Shown here: positions 1 to 10,263 of the stretch, piece by piece
Layout of the letters: the number at the start of each line of letters is the position of its first letter
How positions within the stretch are numbered: position 1 is the stretch's first letter
Origin: an uncultured Rhodospirillaceae bacterium
Lineage (GTDB): Bacteria > Pseudomonadota > Alphaproteobacteria > UBA9219
Direction of reading: 5' to 3'
DNA: 64,000 bases
NCBI GenBank assembly: GCA_964626265.1
Contig: CAZVCG010000004.1
Coordinates: 5,713 to 69,712 of the forward strand
Notes under the pieces: model-generated
What the model was told of the DNA's origin: nothing
What the model saw: only the letters and a program-made list of their open reading frames with translations
The model's database searches: none
Program-made: the position numbers and the translations under genes

Positions 1-763
1 CGACGGCGACCAACGTATCAATGACCTGGCGAAACATGCGTTCACGCCGCTCGCGTTCAATGATTAGACTTGTCAAGTCTTCTTCGCTAACGATCACCCC
101 GCCTTTAAGCTCGCCGAAAGGACGTATAGCTTCATAGCGAGACTGGATGAATCTCGTTTGTCCGATTGGATCTATAATTCGATCGATCAACAATATTGGC
201 TCAGCGGAAGCGCGCGCCTCGGCCAGCCGGACCTCCATCTGGCGCGCCTTCTCGTTTCCAAGGACGCGCGACAAAGTCTTGCCGACAATCTCCATGACCG
301 TCATGCCTAAATTCTCGGCGGCAGGCTGATTGACGAACCAGTAACGATTTTGTTGATCAAAGATAGAAATGGCCCCCGTACGATGATCGGCGACCAATCG
401 CAACAAATCTTCCCTGTAATTAAGGCGAGTCTGAAGCTTGTTCAGCCTCTCCATATAGCTCATCACGAGCCTCACGCGATCAAAATAGCGCGCGCCTGCG
501 CCTATCAGCACGCCCAAAAGCAGCAAGGGAATTACAAGCAGGTCGACGGCAAGAAAGAAATGCGTGGCCGCATCGGGCGAGTCTTTGCCGAACGTCAAAA
601 CAAGCTGATTAAGGCCAAAAATAGCAATCACAAATAAAGCCACAGCTATCGCAATAATCGTGATTTTCACCCAGAACGGACTTAAACCCGTCGAGAGCTG
701 GTTGCTCTTTTCGAGACTATGATTTGCTTCATCTTCGAGTTTACGGAGAGTGGCTAATTTCAT
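1..763 (-). CDS. Membrane-anchored PAS-domain sensor protein, N-terminal part only; the C-terminus is beyond the window start
   Basis: Reverse-strand ATG at 763..761. My own translation gives MKLATLRKLEDEANHSLEKSNQ..., then a TM helix (ITIIAIAVALFVIAIFGL) and a PAS-like block (ISIFDQQNRYWFVNQPAAENLGMTVMEIVGK). The ORF is open to position 1 and is absent from the ORF track because no stop lies in the window. Confidence 0.5.
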   Translation of the reverse strand, partial: MKLATLRKLEDEANHSLEKSNQLSTGLSPFWVKITIIAIAVALFVIAIFGLNQLVLTFGKDSPDAATHFFLAVDLLVIPLLLLGVLIGAGARYFDRVRLVMSYMERLNKLQTRLNYREDLLRLVADHRTGAISIFDQQNRYWFVNQPAAENLGMTVMEIVGKTLSRVLGNEKARQMEVRLAEARASAEPILLIDRIIDPIGQTRFIQSRYEAIRPFGELKGGVIVSEEDLTSLIIERERRERMFRQVIDTLVAV

Positions 764-963
764 CGGATACTAATTAAAGGAGGAGGTTTTTGTACTCGAA
801 GGAAGTACTTTATAGTCGAATTCTCAATCACTAGTTAACGGAACGTTCCGCTCTGGCCTCATAGGGGTCATGATTCAGAAGGCGGATCAATGTCAAAAAA
901 CCGTTACAGTAAAAAAAGAAAAAATATAACTCTTTTAAACGGTTACCATTAATTAACCATAAC

Positions 964-2235
964 GTGGTGAATCTCGTTAAGATTTTGATAACAACTCATA
1001 GCTGTATGCTTGATCCCTACCGCCCCAAAGCCCCGTCGCAGGAAATCGCCTTGCTGGACACTGTCCGGCGGCTGGGCAAAAGCCGTGCAAATCGAATCGG
1101 CGTCTGCATTCATCTATCTAATCTGACCCCCAACAACAAACGCGAACATTACATTCGCATCGCCACTGAAATATTCATTCACAGTGTCAGCGCTTTCGAA
1201 GGACAGTTTTTTCGCCTGCATAACGACGATCTCGTCTTTCTGGCAAAGGGTATATCCTTCGAACGCCTAGACAACGCCGTCAATCGCATCCGCGTCTTGT
1301 TCATCGAAGATCCCTTGACCCAGTATGAATCCTCAGCCGAAGGCGCAAAGAGATTTTGCACCTGGTACGATTTTGAGCACGATTACGAGCCTCTTCTTGA
1401 AAAGGCCTACAGTCTGCTGAATCTGGCGGAAGAATACGTCCGCAAGCAAGAACTGGATACGCCGATCGATTCAGATTTGCTTGTCGCGCCGATACGGCTA
1501 GAGATGCTGTTTAGACTAGAGCAAGCGCTCGAAAGGATCGACATCACTAACATCGTGCGCCGTCAAACGGTGTGCAGCGTCATTGACGGTCTATCGCCCG
1601 AGCCCCTATTCGATGAAATGTTCGTTTCCATAGAGGATTTGCAAACTATAACGACGCCCGGTTTCAATTTATGTTCAAATAAGTGGTTGTTCCAATATCT
1701 GACCTCCGCTCTCGACAAGCGAGTGATGGCGATGCTGATCAGGGACGGAATCCAGACCGAGAGACCCTTCAGCCTCAATCTTAACGTGGATACCGTTCTG
1801 TCGCCGGACTTTGGACGTTTCGAATCAGTCATCACGCCGCAGTTACGTGGACGCCTCGTCATCGAAATGAACAAAATCGACGTGTTTGCGGACATGGGCG
1901 CATTTCTTTTCGCGCGCGATTATCTGCACGATAAAGGCTTCCGCATATGCCTTGACGGCCTGACGCATCACACTTTGCCCTATTACGACCGCGAGCGCCT
2001 CGGCTTTGACCTTATCAAAATCTACTGGACGCCCGGCAGCATCGACGAAATGAAGCAAGAAATGATGCCAACCGTCCGCAACATCGTCATGGAAGCCGGA
2101 CAATCCCGCACGATTTTATGCCGTTGCGACAGCGAGCAAGCCATCAAGATCGGGCAAAGCCTCGGCATCGTGATGTTTCAGGGACGCCATGTGGAAGGGT
2201 TGCTCAACATAAACAAAAGACTATTGCTAAACTGA
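964..2235 (+). CDS. Protein with degenerate GGDEF and degenerate EAL domains, likely non-catalytic
   Basis: FRLHNDDLVFLAKGISFERLDNAVNRIRVLF aligns with the GGDEF block (RYGGDEFvvLLP...AERIR), but GGDEF reads HNDDL. LVIEMNKID...RICLDGLTHHTLPYYDRERLGFDLIKIYW aligns with the EAL block (LvLEITE...RiALDDFGTGYSSL..LK.LPvD.LKIDrsF), but DDFGTGYSS reads LDGLTHHTL. GTG start at 964; an ATG at 1006 is an alternative. Confidence 0.55.
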   Translation: MVNLVKILITTHSCMLDPYRPKAPSQEIALLDTVRRLGKSRANRIGVCIHLSNLTPNNKREHYIRIATEIFIHSVSAFEGQFFRLHNDDLVFLAKGISFERLDNAVNRIRVLFIEDPLTQYESSAEGAKRFCTWYDFEHDYEPLLEKAYSLLNLAEEYVRKQELDTPIDSDLLVAPIRLEMLFRLEQALERIDITNIVRRQTVCSVIDGLSPEPLFDEMFVSIEDLQTITTPGFNLCSNKWLFQYLTSALDKRVMAMLIRDGIQTERPFSLNLNVDTVLSPDFGRFESVITPQLRGRLVIEMNKIDVFADMGAFLFARDYLHDKGFRICLDGLTHHTLPYYDRERLGFDLIKIYWTPGSIDEMKQEMMPTVRNIVMEAGQSRTILCRCDSEQAIKIGQSLGIVMFQGRHVEGLLNINKRLLLN

Positions 2236-2238
2236 CGC

Positions 2239-2790
2239 TCAATCGCACGAGCAAGGCGGCGCTTTTTCCGCAAAAACACGTTTCAGGAGTATCATCATTG
2301 GGCATTGTCCCATAAAGCCACGAATAGTAAGCCCAAGACCCATTATGCCGCCAAGCGCGTAATAAGACGTATTGTCATAATGCGATCCCAAATATACTCC
2401 CAAAGACAGAACAAGCGGCGCAAACGCAAACGAAAACATGCAATAAGTTCGTTCGAAGCCGCCATCCCCTTCGGTTTCCGCACCTAGTTTTGCACATAAG
2501 ATCAACCCACCCTCAACAACAATGACTTTAGTGTAACCGCACTGTTCCAATATAGACGCGGCGGTTCGCGATCGAGCGCCGGAACGGCACATGATATAAA
2601 CTGGACGATCCTTGTCCGGCATCAATCGCTTCAGCGAGCAACAGTTCATTTGGTCCAGTGGAATATGAACGTTTTCCGTTTTCAGACGGGCTTTCTGGAA
2701 TTCCTCCGATGTGCGAACGTCAAGAATATACTTCTCGCCGTCTTGACCTGGTATTTTCAAAAAAACGTCAGCATTCATAATTTCTGTCAT
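2239..2790 (-). CDS. Rhodanese-domain membrane protein with C-terminal DUF2892 (YgaP-like)
   Basis: N-terminal rhodanese fold with a CX4R active-site loop (MCRSGARSR). The C-terminal hydrophobic domain carries the GQCPMM motif typical of DUF2892 (YgaP). Confidence 0.75.
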   Translation of the reverse strand: MTEIMNADVFLKIPGQDGEKYILDVRTSEEFQKARLKTENVHIPLDQMNCCSLKRLMPDKDRPVYIMCRSGARSRTAASILEQCGYTKVIVVEGGLILCAKLGAETEGDGGFERTYCMFSFAFAPLVLSLGVYLGSHYDNTSYYALGGIMGLGLTIRGFMGQCPMMILLKRVFAEKAPPCSCD

Positions 2791-2871
2791 GACTTGCCTC
2801 CGACATATTATGTGCTATAGTGCGATGACACAGTAGATATTAGTTTTTTTTAATATGCTAGGTTATTCCAG

Positions 2872-3192
2872 ATGGCAAGAAAAACTTTCCGCGAACACGA
2901 TCTGAAAAAGCTTAAAAAGGCCACAAAACTGCTCAAATTTTTGGCCCATCCCGTCAGGCTTTCGATCCTTTGTTACCTTAATCAGGCCCCGGAGATCAGC
3001 GTTGGCGACTTGGTCGAAAGAGAAAAAAAGTACGCAAGCCAGTCGCAGGTATCGCAATACCTTGCCCAATTACGCGCTATGGGCTTTGTCACGACACGCC
3101 GCGATAAACAGACGATTTTTTACCGTCTGACCTCTCAAGAGGCTAAATCCGTCCTTTCAACCCTCAAAAGCCTGTATTGCGGTAAGCCTTGA
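2872..3192 (+). CDS. ArsR/SmtB-family HTH transcriptional regulator (YgaV-like), divergent from the rhodanese gene
   Basis: LAHPVRLSILCYL...ISVGDL..........SQVSQYLAQLRAMGFV....D.QTIFYRL matches the ArsR wHTH signature. Confidence 0.8.
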   Translation: MARKTFREHDLKKLKKATKLLKFLAHPVRLSILCYLNQAPEISVGDLVEREKKYASQSQVSQYLAQLRAMGFVTTRRDKQTIFYRLTSQEAKSVLSTLKSLYCGKP

Positions 3193-3254
3193 AATATAAG
3201 TGAACCTATCCCATATAGTGATCAGGTTCACCATATTTTTCAGAGTCTTAACCC

Positions 3255-5114
3255 ATGACCGAAGAACGCATGGCCTTTAAGGCCGAAGTCAGCCGCCTGC
3301 TCGACATCGTCGTCCATTCGCTTTACAGCGAAAAAGAGATTTTTCTGCGCGAGTTGATCTCCAACGCCTCTGACGCCTGCGACAAGTTGCGATATGAGGC
3401 CCTCACCCGCCCCGAGCTTACGGACGATGATCCCGACTATAAAATAACCATAACGACCGACCGCAAAGCCCGTACCATTACGGTTTCCGACAACGGCATC
3501 GGCATGACAAAGGACGAGTTGGTGGAGAACCTAGGCACGATCGCGCGTTCCGGCACGCTCGATTTTCTGAAGAAACTTGAGGAGTCCAAACAAAAGCCGG
3601 ATATGAGCGTCATCGGGCAATTCGGCGTCGGCTTCTATGCGTCGTTCATGGTCGCTCAAATGGTCGAAGTCCGTTCGCGCAAGGCGGGGAGCGAAGAGTC
3701 ATGGGCTTGGGAATCCGATGGCCGGGGCGAATTCTCGGTCGAAGTTGATAGCAAAAAAACGCGCGGCACAGACGTTACGCTTTATCTCAAGCAAGGCGAA
3801 GACGAATTCCTGAAGGAAGACAGGCTTCGCGCTGTTATAACCCGCTATTCGGATCATCTCGCGCTACCGATCTATCTCAACGACGACCCGAAGCCCGTCA
3901 ACCGCGCTAGCGCCCTATGGATGCGGCCGAAAAGCGAGATCACATCCGAACAATATAATGAGTTTTATCATCATGTCGCGCATGCCTTCGAGGAACCTGC
4001 CCTGACGATGCACTGGAAGGCCGAAGGCAAGATCGAATATACGGGCCTGCTCTATGTTCCGGGCACGAAGCCTTACGACCTTTTCGATCCGCGCCGTCGT
4101 CACAGTGTCAAGCTCTACGTCAAACGGGTATTCATCACCGACCACGCCGATGGCCTTATCCCCCCCTACTTGCGCTTTCTGCGCGGTCTTGTGGACAGCG
4201 AAGATCTGCCGCTTAACGTCAGCCGCGAAATGCTGCAATATAGCCCGATGCTCGCCAAAATTCGCCAAGGCGTAGTGAGAAAGGTTCTGGGCGACTTCGC
4301 CAAACTGGCCGACGACAAGGAAAAGTTCAAAACATTCTGGATAAACTTTGGCGCAGTTATTAAGGAAGGCCTTTACGAAGACCAGGACCACCGAGACCTG
4401 CTTTTAAAAGTCGTCCATGCCCCTTCGACTCATGACGGTTCGCTAACATCGCTCGCCGATTACGTCTCCCGCATGAAGGATGGCCAGGACGCTATCTACT
4501 ATATCAACGGCGACAATCTGCAGGCGCTCGCCTGCAGCCCGCATCTTGAAGGCTTCCGCGCGCGTGGCATCGAAGTCTTGCTACTAACCGATCAAGTCGA
4601 CGATTTCTGGCCCACTTCAGTTAGCGAATATCAGGGTAAGAAGTTTAAATCCGTCACTCGCGCAGGGCAAGACCTCAGCAAATGGCCGCTCGAGGACGAA
4701 AAGAGCAAAAAGAAAGACACAGAAGAAACGCCTGCGGCCGACCTCGCCTCGCTCATCGCGCTGATGAAGCTGACCCTCGGCGAACATGTCAAGGATGTGC
4801 GCGAGTCCAAGCGTCTGACCGACAGCCCCGTTTGCCTTGCTGCCGACGAAGGTGACATCGACATTCACCTTGAGCGCTTTTTGAAACAGCACAATCAGTT
4901 GAACGTGCCAACCCAACGCATTCTGGAAATCAACCCGCGCCATGCGCTTATCCGCAAGATGGCGGAACGCGCGTCAAAAGACGGCGCAAAAACCGAACTT
5001 GAAGACCTGATCGTGCTCTTGCTGGATCAGGCTCGGCTGCTGGAAGGCGAAACCATCGCCGATCCTGCCGGCTTCGGAAAACGGTTGGGCAATCTTCTTT
5101 CGAAATTATTTTAG
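3255..5114 (+). CDS. htpG: Molecular chaperone HtpG (Hsp90)
   Basis: N-terminal [40 protein letters not shown] and [27 protein letters not shown] motifs; 619 aa. Confidence 0.95.
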   Translation: MTEERMAFKAEVSRLLDIVVHSLYSEKEIFLRELISNASDACDKLRYEALTRPELTDDDPDYKITITTDRKARTITVSDNGIGMTKDELVENLGTIARSGTLDFLKKLEESKQKPDMSVIGQFGVGFYASFMVAQMVEVRSRKAGSEESWAWESDGRGEFSVEVDSKKTRGTDVTLYLKQGEDEFLKEDRLRAVITRYSDHLALPIYLNDDPKPVNRASALWMRPKSEITSEQYNEFYHHVAHAFEEPALTMHWKAEGKIEYTGLLYVPGTKPYDLFDPRRRHSVKLYVKRVFITDHADGLIPPYLRFLRGLVDSEDLPLNVSREMLQYSPMLAKIRQGVVRKVLGDFAKLADDKEKFKTFWINFGAVIKEGLYEDQDHRDLLLKVVHAPSTHDGSLTSLADYVSRMKDGQDAIYYINGDNLQALACSPHLEGFRARGIEVLLLTDQVDDFWPTSVSEYQGKKFKSVTRAGQDLSKWPLEDEKSKKKDTEETPAADLASLIALMKLTLGEHVKDVRESKRLTDSPVCLAADEGDIDIHLERFLKQHNQLNVPTQRILEINPRHALIRKMAERASKDGAKTELEDLIVLLLDQARLLEGETIADPAGFGKRLGNLLSKLF

Positions 5115-6790
5115 GCCGCCCTTATCTTCGCGATAAATCCATCGACGATGGAGCGTAATGTTTCGGACTCGCGCGACAACTGGTTGGCAGCGCTAAGCAC
5201 CTGACTTGAAGACGCGCCAGCTTCATGGGCGGCTTTCGTCACCCCGCTGATATTCCGCGAAACCTCGTCCGTGCCTTGCGAGGCTTGCTGGACATTCCGC
5301 GTAATTTCCCGTGTCGCCGCCCCCTGCTCCTCGACAGCCGAAGCTATGGTTGTCGAAATCTCATTCACTTTTTTAATCGTTTCCGTGATGCCGACAATCG
5401 CTTCGACGGCGTTCTTGGTCTGCGTTTGCACATCGCCGATCTGGTTCGTGATGTCCTGAGCGGCGTTGGCCGCTTGATTGGCGAGGTTTTTGACTTCCGT
5501 CGCCACCACGGCGAACCCGCGCCCTGCTTCACCGGCTCTCGCGGCTTCGATCGTTGCGTTAAGGGCCAATAGATTGACCTGTCCCGCTATATCTTCGATC
5601 AATTTCACTACATTGCCGATGTTTTCGGCAGCCTTGTCTAGATTATGCATGACCTCGCTCGTGCCTTCGGCCTGTCGCACGCATTCCGATGCTACTCTGA
5701 CGGAATCCCCGATCTGGCGATTGATTTCGGCTATGGAGGCGTTTAATTCCTCAGCGGCTGAGGCAACAGTGTGGACATTTGACGAAGCCTGTTCGGTAGC
5801 GGCCGCGACAGCGGTTGCCTGCCGGCTGGTTTCCTCGGATATGGCGGCCATGGATTGCGCGTTGGATTGCATTTCCGTCGCGGCAGCCGATACGGTTGAA
5901 ACAACGCCCTTCACGCTCTGCTCGAATTCGTCGGCAGTTTTTAGCATTAGCGCACGTTGCTCTTGCTCCGCCCGAATCTTTTGGGCTTCGTTTTCTTTTT
6001 CCAGCCGCTCCATCTCTATCGCATTGGTTTTGAAGGTCCCCAAGGCTCGGGCCAAATCGCCGATTTCGTCACGATGATCCGTGTACTCGACCTCGATGGT
6101 CTTATCGCCCGTTGCCAAGCGTCCCATTGCGTTCGTTATCCTGTTCAAAGGCACAGTGATGCCACGGCTGACAAAAAGGGCTCCTCCCCCAATTAAAACC
6201 AGCAATAACAACGAAATGCTACCCACGAGGTAAAGATTTTCCATAAAAACTTCCTCGACATCATCGATATAGATGCCGGTTCCAATCACCCATCCCCAAG
6301 CCTTAAAAGGCTCGACATAGCTGATTTTCGGCGATGGTTTTGCATCCTTTGTTTTCGCCCAACGATAGTTCACATAACCACCGCCCTGTTGGGCAACCTC
6401 GATGATTTCCCGCATAAAATACTTGCCGTCTGGATCTTTTACGTCATAAAGCGATTTTCCGATGTTGGCAGAAACGGCATGCGCGAGAAGAACTCCCTGC
6501 TGGTCGTTGACCCAAATATAGTCTCCATTGCCATAGTCCATCTGGTTGATGGCATCCAGAGCCCTCTCCTGAGCCTCTTTCTCCGTTAACAGGCCTTCCT
6601 TTACGTGGGCGTAATAATCTTTGACGATGCCGTGCGCCACTTCGACGATATTTTTTGTCTTGTCTTGGCGGTCAAGGATCAAATTATCGTGAAGGTTGTG
6701 AAGGCCGATAACGCATACGGCAGCCATGCCAATAACCATAGCCACAACCACAAGCATTAAACGCTTTTCGATTTTCAACTGATGTAACAT
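5111..6790 (-). CDS. Methyl-accepting chemotaxis protein with periplasmic Cache-like sensor, HAMP and MCP signalling domains
   Basis: N-terminal TM, periplasmic domain, second TM, HAMP, then the MA domain with the highly conserved region ([30 protein letters not shown]). Overlaps the htpG stop by 4 nt, convergent. Confidence 0.9.
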   Translation of the reverse strand: MLHQLKIEKRLMLVVVAMVIGMAAVCVIGLHNLHDNLILDRQDKTKNIVEVAHGIVKDYYAHVKEGLLTEKEAQERALDAINQMDYGNGDYIWVNDQQGVLLAHAVSANIGKSLYDVKDPDGKYFMREIIEVAQQGGGYVNYRWAKTKDAKPSPKISYVEPFKAWGWVIGTGIYIDDVEEVFMENLYLVGSISLLLLVLIGGGALFVSRGITVPLNRITNAMGRLATGDKTIEVEYTDHRDEIGDLARALGTFKTNAIEMERLEKENEAQKIRAEQEQRALMLKTADEFEQSVKGVVSTVSAAATEMQSNAQSMAAISEETSRQATAVAAATEQASSNVHTVASAAEELNASIAEINRQIGDSVRVASECVRQAEGTSEVMHNLDKAAENIGNVVKLIEDIAGQVNLLALNATIEAARAGEAGRGFAVVATEVKNLANQAANAAQDITNQIGDVQTQTKNAVEAIVGITETIKKVNEISTTIASAVEEQGAATREITRNVQQASQGTDEVSRNISGVTKAAHEAGASSSQVLSAANQLSRESETLRSIVDGFIAKIRAA

Positions 6791-7559
6791 GCTCAGGCTC
6801 CCATTGTTTTTATTGAAGCTGGTTTCGGGGATATCCGACAGCTGGCTTTACCGCCGGGAGAGCACTACAATTAAGTTAAAAACAAATTAACTCGCAATTA
6901 AAGTGACAATAGATTAAATATAGAGTGTTCGTTAATGAATTTATAAAAAATATCTAATCACGTCTATATTGTTAGAGTAACGTCATATTACATTGCTCGC
7001 GGCTTAGAAGGCTAATTATTAGTTCATTTTACATATAATTACTTTAATATTTCAATAATACTACAATTATTATTATATATGTTATTTATATCGTAATGCA
7101 TTAGCTTCGCGTAGTCACGATGGACAGAATAGACTCACTTAGGTCTGGACTCATAATTAACGCTAGGTTGCGTATGCGCTTTACACATAATTCTTTCATG
7201 GGTTTCAAGCAGCAATCGTAACGTACTTAATGAGCCCGTTAATAACGGGTTGTTTTATTCCCTCTCTTTCGCTTATTATCCGTCTCAGTTCTGCGGGCGT
7301 GATATATCCCATATCCCTCACGCCACCATGGTTTGTCAGGAAAATCAAACTGTTAGTATTTCCTGAACTGTGGTAGATGTTGAGCATCGATAGCGCCGTC
7401 GGCGGCCCGTACACATTAACCTTACGGGCCAGACAGGCAGCGGGACAACAAGGCTGGCAAGGGGCCAGCCATTAGTTAGAGGCAATGAATTTGCCGGCTC
7501 TGAGGCGCGCTAAGGGATCCGTTCACTCCCGGCGCGACGGGCAGGTAGGAGAGAAAAAT
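6791..7559 (+). promoter_or_regulatory. Divergent promoter region and long 5' leader of rne, with an extremely AT-rich block (~6840-7140)
   Basis: 770 bp without convincing coding potential between the divergent MCP and rne. rne leaders are characteristically long and structured (established for E. coli). An AGGAGA SD lies 6 nt upstream of ATG 7560. Confidence 0.4.
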
Positions 7560-10211
7560 ATGACGAAGCGCATGCTTGTGGATGCCACGCATCCAGAAGA
7601 GACACGCGTAGCCATTGTTGATAGCTACCGTGATACAAACCGGCTAGACGATCTGGATTTCGGTCTGGCCAGCAAACCTATACTCCGCGGCAACATATAC
7701 TTAGCCAAAGTGATGCGCATTGAGCCATCGCTTCAAGCGGCGTTCGTGGAATACGGCGGCAACCGTCACGGTTTCTTGCCATTTTCGGAAATCCACCCAG
7801 ACTACTTCCGCATTCCCATGGCCGACCGCTCGCAGGAAGAGCAAGAGGAAGAACTTGCGGAGGCCGAGGCGGAGGACATTGAACAAGATCACGACATTGA
7901 AGCACCTATCAATGAAGTGGATGCCGATAATGACTTAAACGGCGATATTGGCAATGAGCCTCAAAAGGATTTTCCTGATGAGGTTACTTCCTCTCTGGAA
8001 ACCCCGGTGTCTGAAGCCAATGAACAGGCAATGCCGGCTCTTGAGACTTCTAGCGTTTTTGCCGACATTGAAACCCATGACAGCCTGATTACCGATTTCG
8101 GTAACGCCCTCGTTACTCCCGCGAATATCAGCGAAGTGCCGATGGAATCCACGCCGCCCGAAAGCATCGGCGGCGACATGGCCGAACGTTTCGTTCGTCG
8201 CCACCGTCCGCGCTATAAAATCCAGGAAGTCCTGAAACGCGGCCAGATCATGCTGATTCAGGTCGTCAAGGAAGAGCGTGGCAACAAAGGCGCTGCCTTG
8301 ACCACTTTCCTTTCGCTGGCAGGGCGTTATTGCGTCCTTATGCCCAACACCGATCACGGTGGCGGCGTCTCGCGCAAAATCACCAATCACCAAGACCGGC
8401 GCCGAATGAAGGAAATCCTCGATCAGCTCGACCTTCCCGAAGGCATGGCGGTCATTTTGCGTACTGCTGGCTTGGAACAAGACCCGCCGGAAATCCAGCG
8501 CGATCTGGAGTACCTACTGCGCCTGTGGGACAGCATCCGCGAACAAACGCTTCAATCGACGGCACCCGCGCTCATCTATGAAGAAGCCAACCTGATTAAA
8601 CGCTCAGTCCGCGACCTGTTCACTAAGGACATCGCCGAGATATTGGTGGCCGGACAGGAGGGCTACAACCGCGCGCGTGAGTTCATGTCCGCGCTCATGC
8701 CGGATCAAGTCGAGAAGATTAAGCTTTACGAAGGCGCGATCCCCCTCTTCTTCCGCTATCATGTTGAAAGCCAGATCGACAAAATCCATAACCCTGTCGT
8801 CCAGCTGCGTTCCGGCGGTTATATCGTCATCAACCCGACAGAAGCTCTCGTCGCTATCGACGTTAACTCGGGCCGCGCCACGCGTGAAAGGCACATCGAG
8901 GAAACCGCGCTAAAAACCAACCTCGAAGCAGCCGACGAAATTGCGCGGCAATTGCGTCTGCGCGACCTGGCGGGCCTTATCGTCATCGATTTTATCGACA
9001 TGGAAGATGGCCGAAACAACGCAGCCGTCGAACGCCGTCTGAAAGAGGCGATGAAGAATGACCGGGCGCGTCTTCAAATAGGCCGGATCTCGCCGTTCGG
9101 CTTGCTGGAATTGTCGCGTCAACGTTTGCGGCCCAGTTTGCACGAAATCAACTTCGAGAAATGCGCGCATTGCGCCGGTTCAGGTTTCGTCCGTTCGGTT
9201 GATTCCGCAGCGTTCTCGATCCTCCGGGCTATCGAGGAGGAAGGCATTCGCCAGCGCAGCTCCGATCTTGTTTTCAACATCGCTACTCCGGTTGCGCTCT
9301 ATATTTTTAATCACAAGCGCGATGCTTTGCACGCAATTGAGCGACGTTACGACCTGCATGTCATGCTGAAAGCCGACGATTCGCTCATTCCGCCCGATTA
9401 TAAGCTCGACAAGTCTCGCGGCCGCTCGGGCGGACGACGTGTTGGCCCCGCTGTCAATGCCGATCAGGTTTTGGCAGAGACCGAACGCGATATGACCGCA
9501 CCCCACTTGACTGCCGAGGGAACGCCTGAAGAATTCTATGAAGAAACGCAGTCTCAAGTCTTGTTGGATGAAGGTTCCAGCGATCGAATTGATCGCGGTT
9601 CGCATCGTCGCCGTTTCCGGCAAGCAGGACGCCGCGACCAACGCAGAGGCGGCGGAAGCTTTAGCGGCAAACAAGATAATTCGCAGCAGAAATTTCAGCC
9701 GGAATTTGACGATCAGCCCGGCAACGTTCCCGAAAGCTCAATGTCTGACGAAGGCGCATTGGAATCCATCGGCAACGCTCAGGATTTTCAACATCAAGAA
9801 GGCGATTTCCATGGCCAGGGCGGCGCCAACCGCCGCCGCCGCCGTGGTCGGCGCGGTGGTCGTGGTCGTGGAAACGGCAACGAGGGCCGCATCCATGAGC
9901 ATGGAGGCAACCGCTGGGGACGCGAGCAGCAGCAACGCAGCGAGCATCAAGGATCATACAGACAAGAACAATCGCTCGTTGTGCCTGTTCACGATATCCC
10001 TGCCAGTATCCACGAAATCGACACGACTCCGCGCGATCCCTATCACCCTGCGCCGTCACTCATACGTGAACAGGCGCGCCAAGCCGAACCCCAGCATGAG
10101 TCAAGGCATGAGAACCATCAGCCAGCGCGCGATCCGGCGGAGTATGAAGTCATCAATCCTCCCACGGATAAACCTAAAGGCGGCTGGTGGCGCAAGCTGA
10201 CAGGACAGTAA
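7560..10211 (+). CDS. rne: Ribonuclease E
   Basis: S1/catalytic N-terminal half (MTKRMLVDATHPEETRVAIVD...GNIYLAKV..IEPSLQAAFVEYG), an acidic insertion in the S1 region, and an Arg-rich scaffold tail (RRRRRGRRGGRGRG). Start moved to ATG 7560, in frame with the track ORF from 7485, because of the SD. Confidence 0.9.
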   Translation: MTKRMLVDATHPEETRVAIVDSYRDTNRLDDLDFGLASKPILRGNIYLAKVMRIEPSLQAAFVEYGGNRHGFLPFSEIHPDYFRIPMADRSQEEQEEELAEAEAEDIEQDHDIEAPINEVDADNDLNGDIGNEPQKDFPDEVTSSLETPVSEANEQAMPALETSSVFADIETHDSLITDFGNALVTPANISEVPMESTPPESIGGDMAERFVRRHRPRYKIQEVLKRGQIMLIQVVKEERGNKGAALTTFLSLAGRYCVLMPNTDHGGGVSRKITNHQDRRRMKEILDQLDLPEGMAVILRTAGLEQDPPEIQRDLEYLLRLWDSIREQTLQSTAPALIYEEANLIKRSVRDLFTKDIAEILVAGQEGYNRAREFMSALMPDQVEKIKLYEGAIPLFFRYHVESQIDKIHNPVVQLRSGGYIVINPTEALVAIDVNSGRATRERHIEETALKTNLEAADEIARQLRLRDLAGLIVIDFIDMEDGRNNAAVERRLKEAMKNDRARLQIGRISPFGLLELSRQRLRPSLHEINFEKCAHCAGSGFVRSVDSAAFSILRAIEEEGIRQRSSDLVFNIATPVALYIFNHKRDALHAIERRYDLHVMLKADDSLIPPDYKLDKSRGRSGGRRVGPAVNADQVLAETERDMTAPHLTAEGTPEEFYEETQSQVLLDEGSSDRIDRGSHRRRFRQAGRRDQRRGGGSFSGKQDNSQQKFQPEFDDQPGNVPESSMSDEGALESIGNAQDFQHQEGDFHGQGGANRRRRRGRRGGRGRGNGNEGRIHEHGGNRWGREQQQRSEHQGSYRQEQSLVVPVHDIPASIHEIDTTPRDPYHPAPSLIREQARQAEPQHESRHENHQPARDPAEYEVINPPTDKPKGGWWRKLTGQ

Positions 10212-10263
10212 TTACCGTTCGGCTTGTCATGTTTTCGCCGCAAGATTAGGCTTACATCTTGAT

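Noticed and set aside
2791-2871. Possible ArsR operator in the rhodanese/ArsR divergent spacer (ATATTATGTG-N14-CACAGTAGATAT)
   Set aside because: The inverted repeat is imperfect (about 8 of 10 positions) and was not separable from chance in AT-rich promoter DNA. It is mentioned only as a candidate to test.
5225-6196. Cluster of plus-strand ORFs (115, 199, 79 aa etc.) antisense to the MCP gene
   Set aside because: They are antisense frames of a strongly supported MCP gene, and their products are low complexity.
7205-7414. 69-codon reverse-strand ORF inside the rne upstream region
   Set aside because: It has no SD or homology and lies within the probable rne leader. It most likely arises by chance in the AT-to-GC transition region.
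9538-10200. 220-aa plus-strand alternate frame and 132-aa minus-strand frame within the rne 3' region
   Set aside because: They overlap the Arg-rich RNase E scaffold region. The repeats (cgccgccgcc) keep many frames open.
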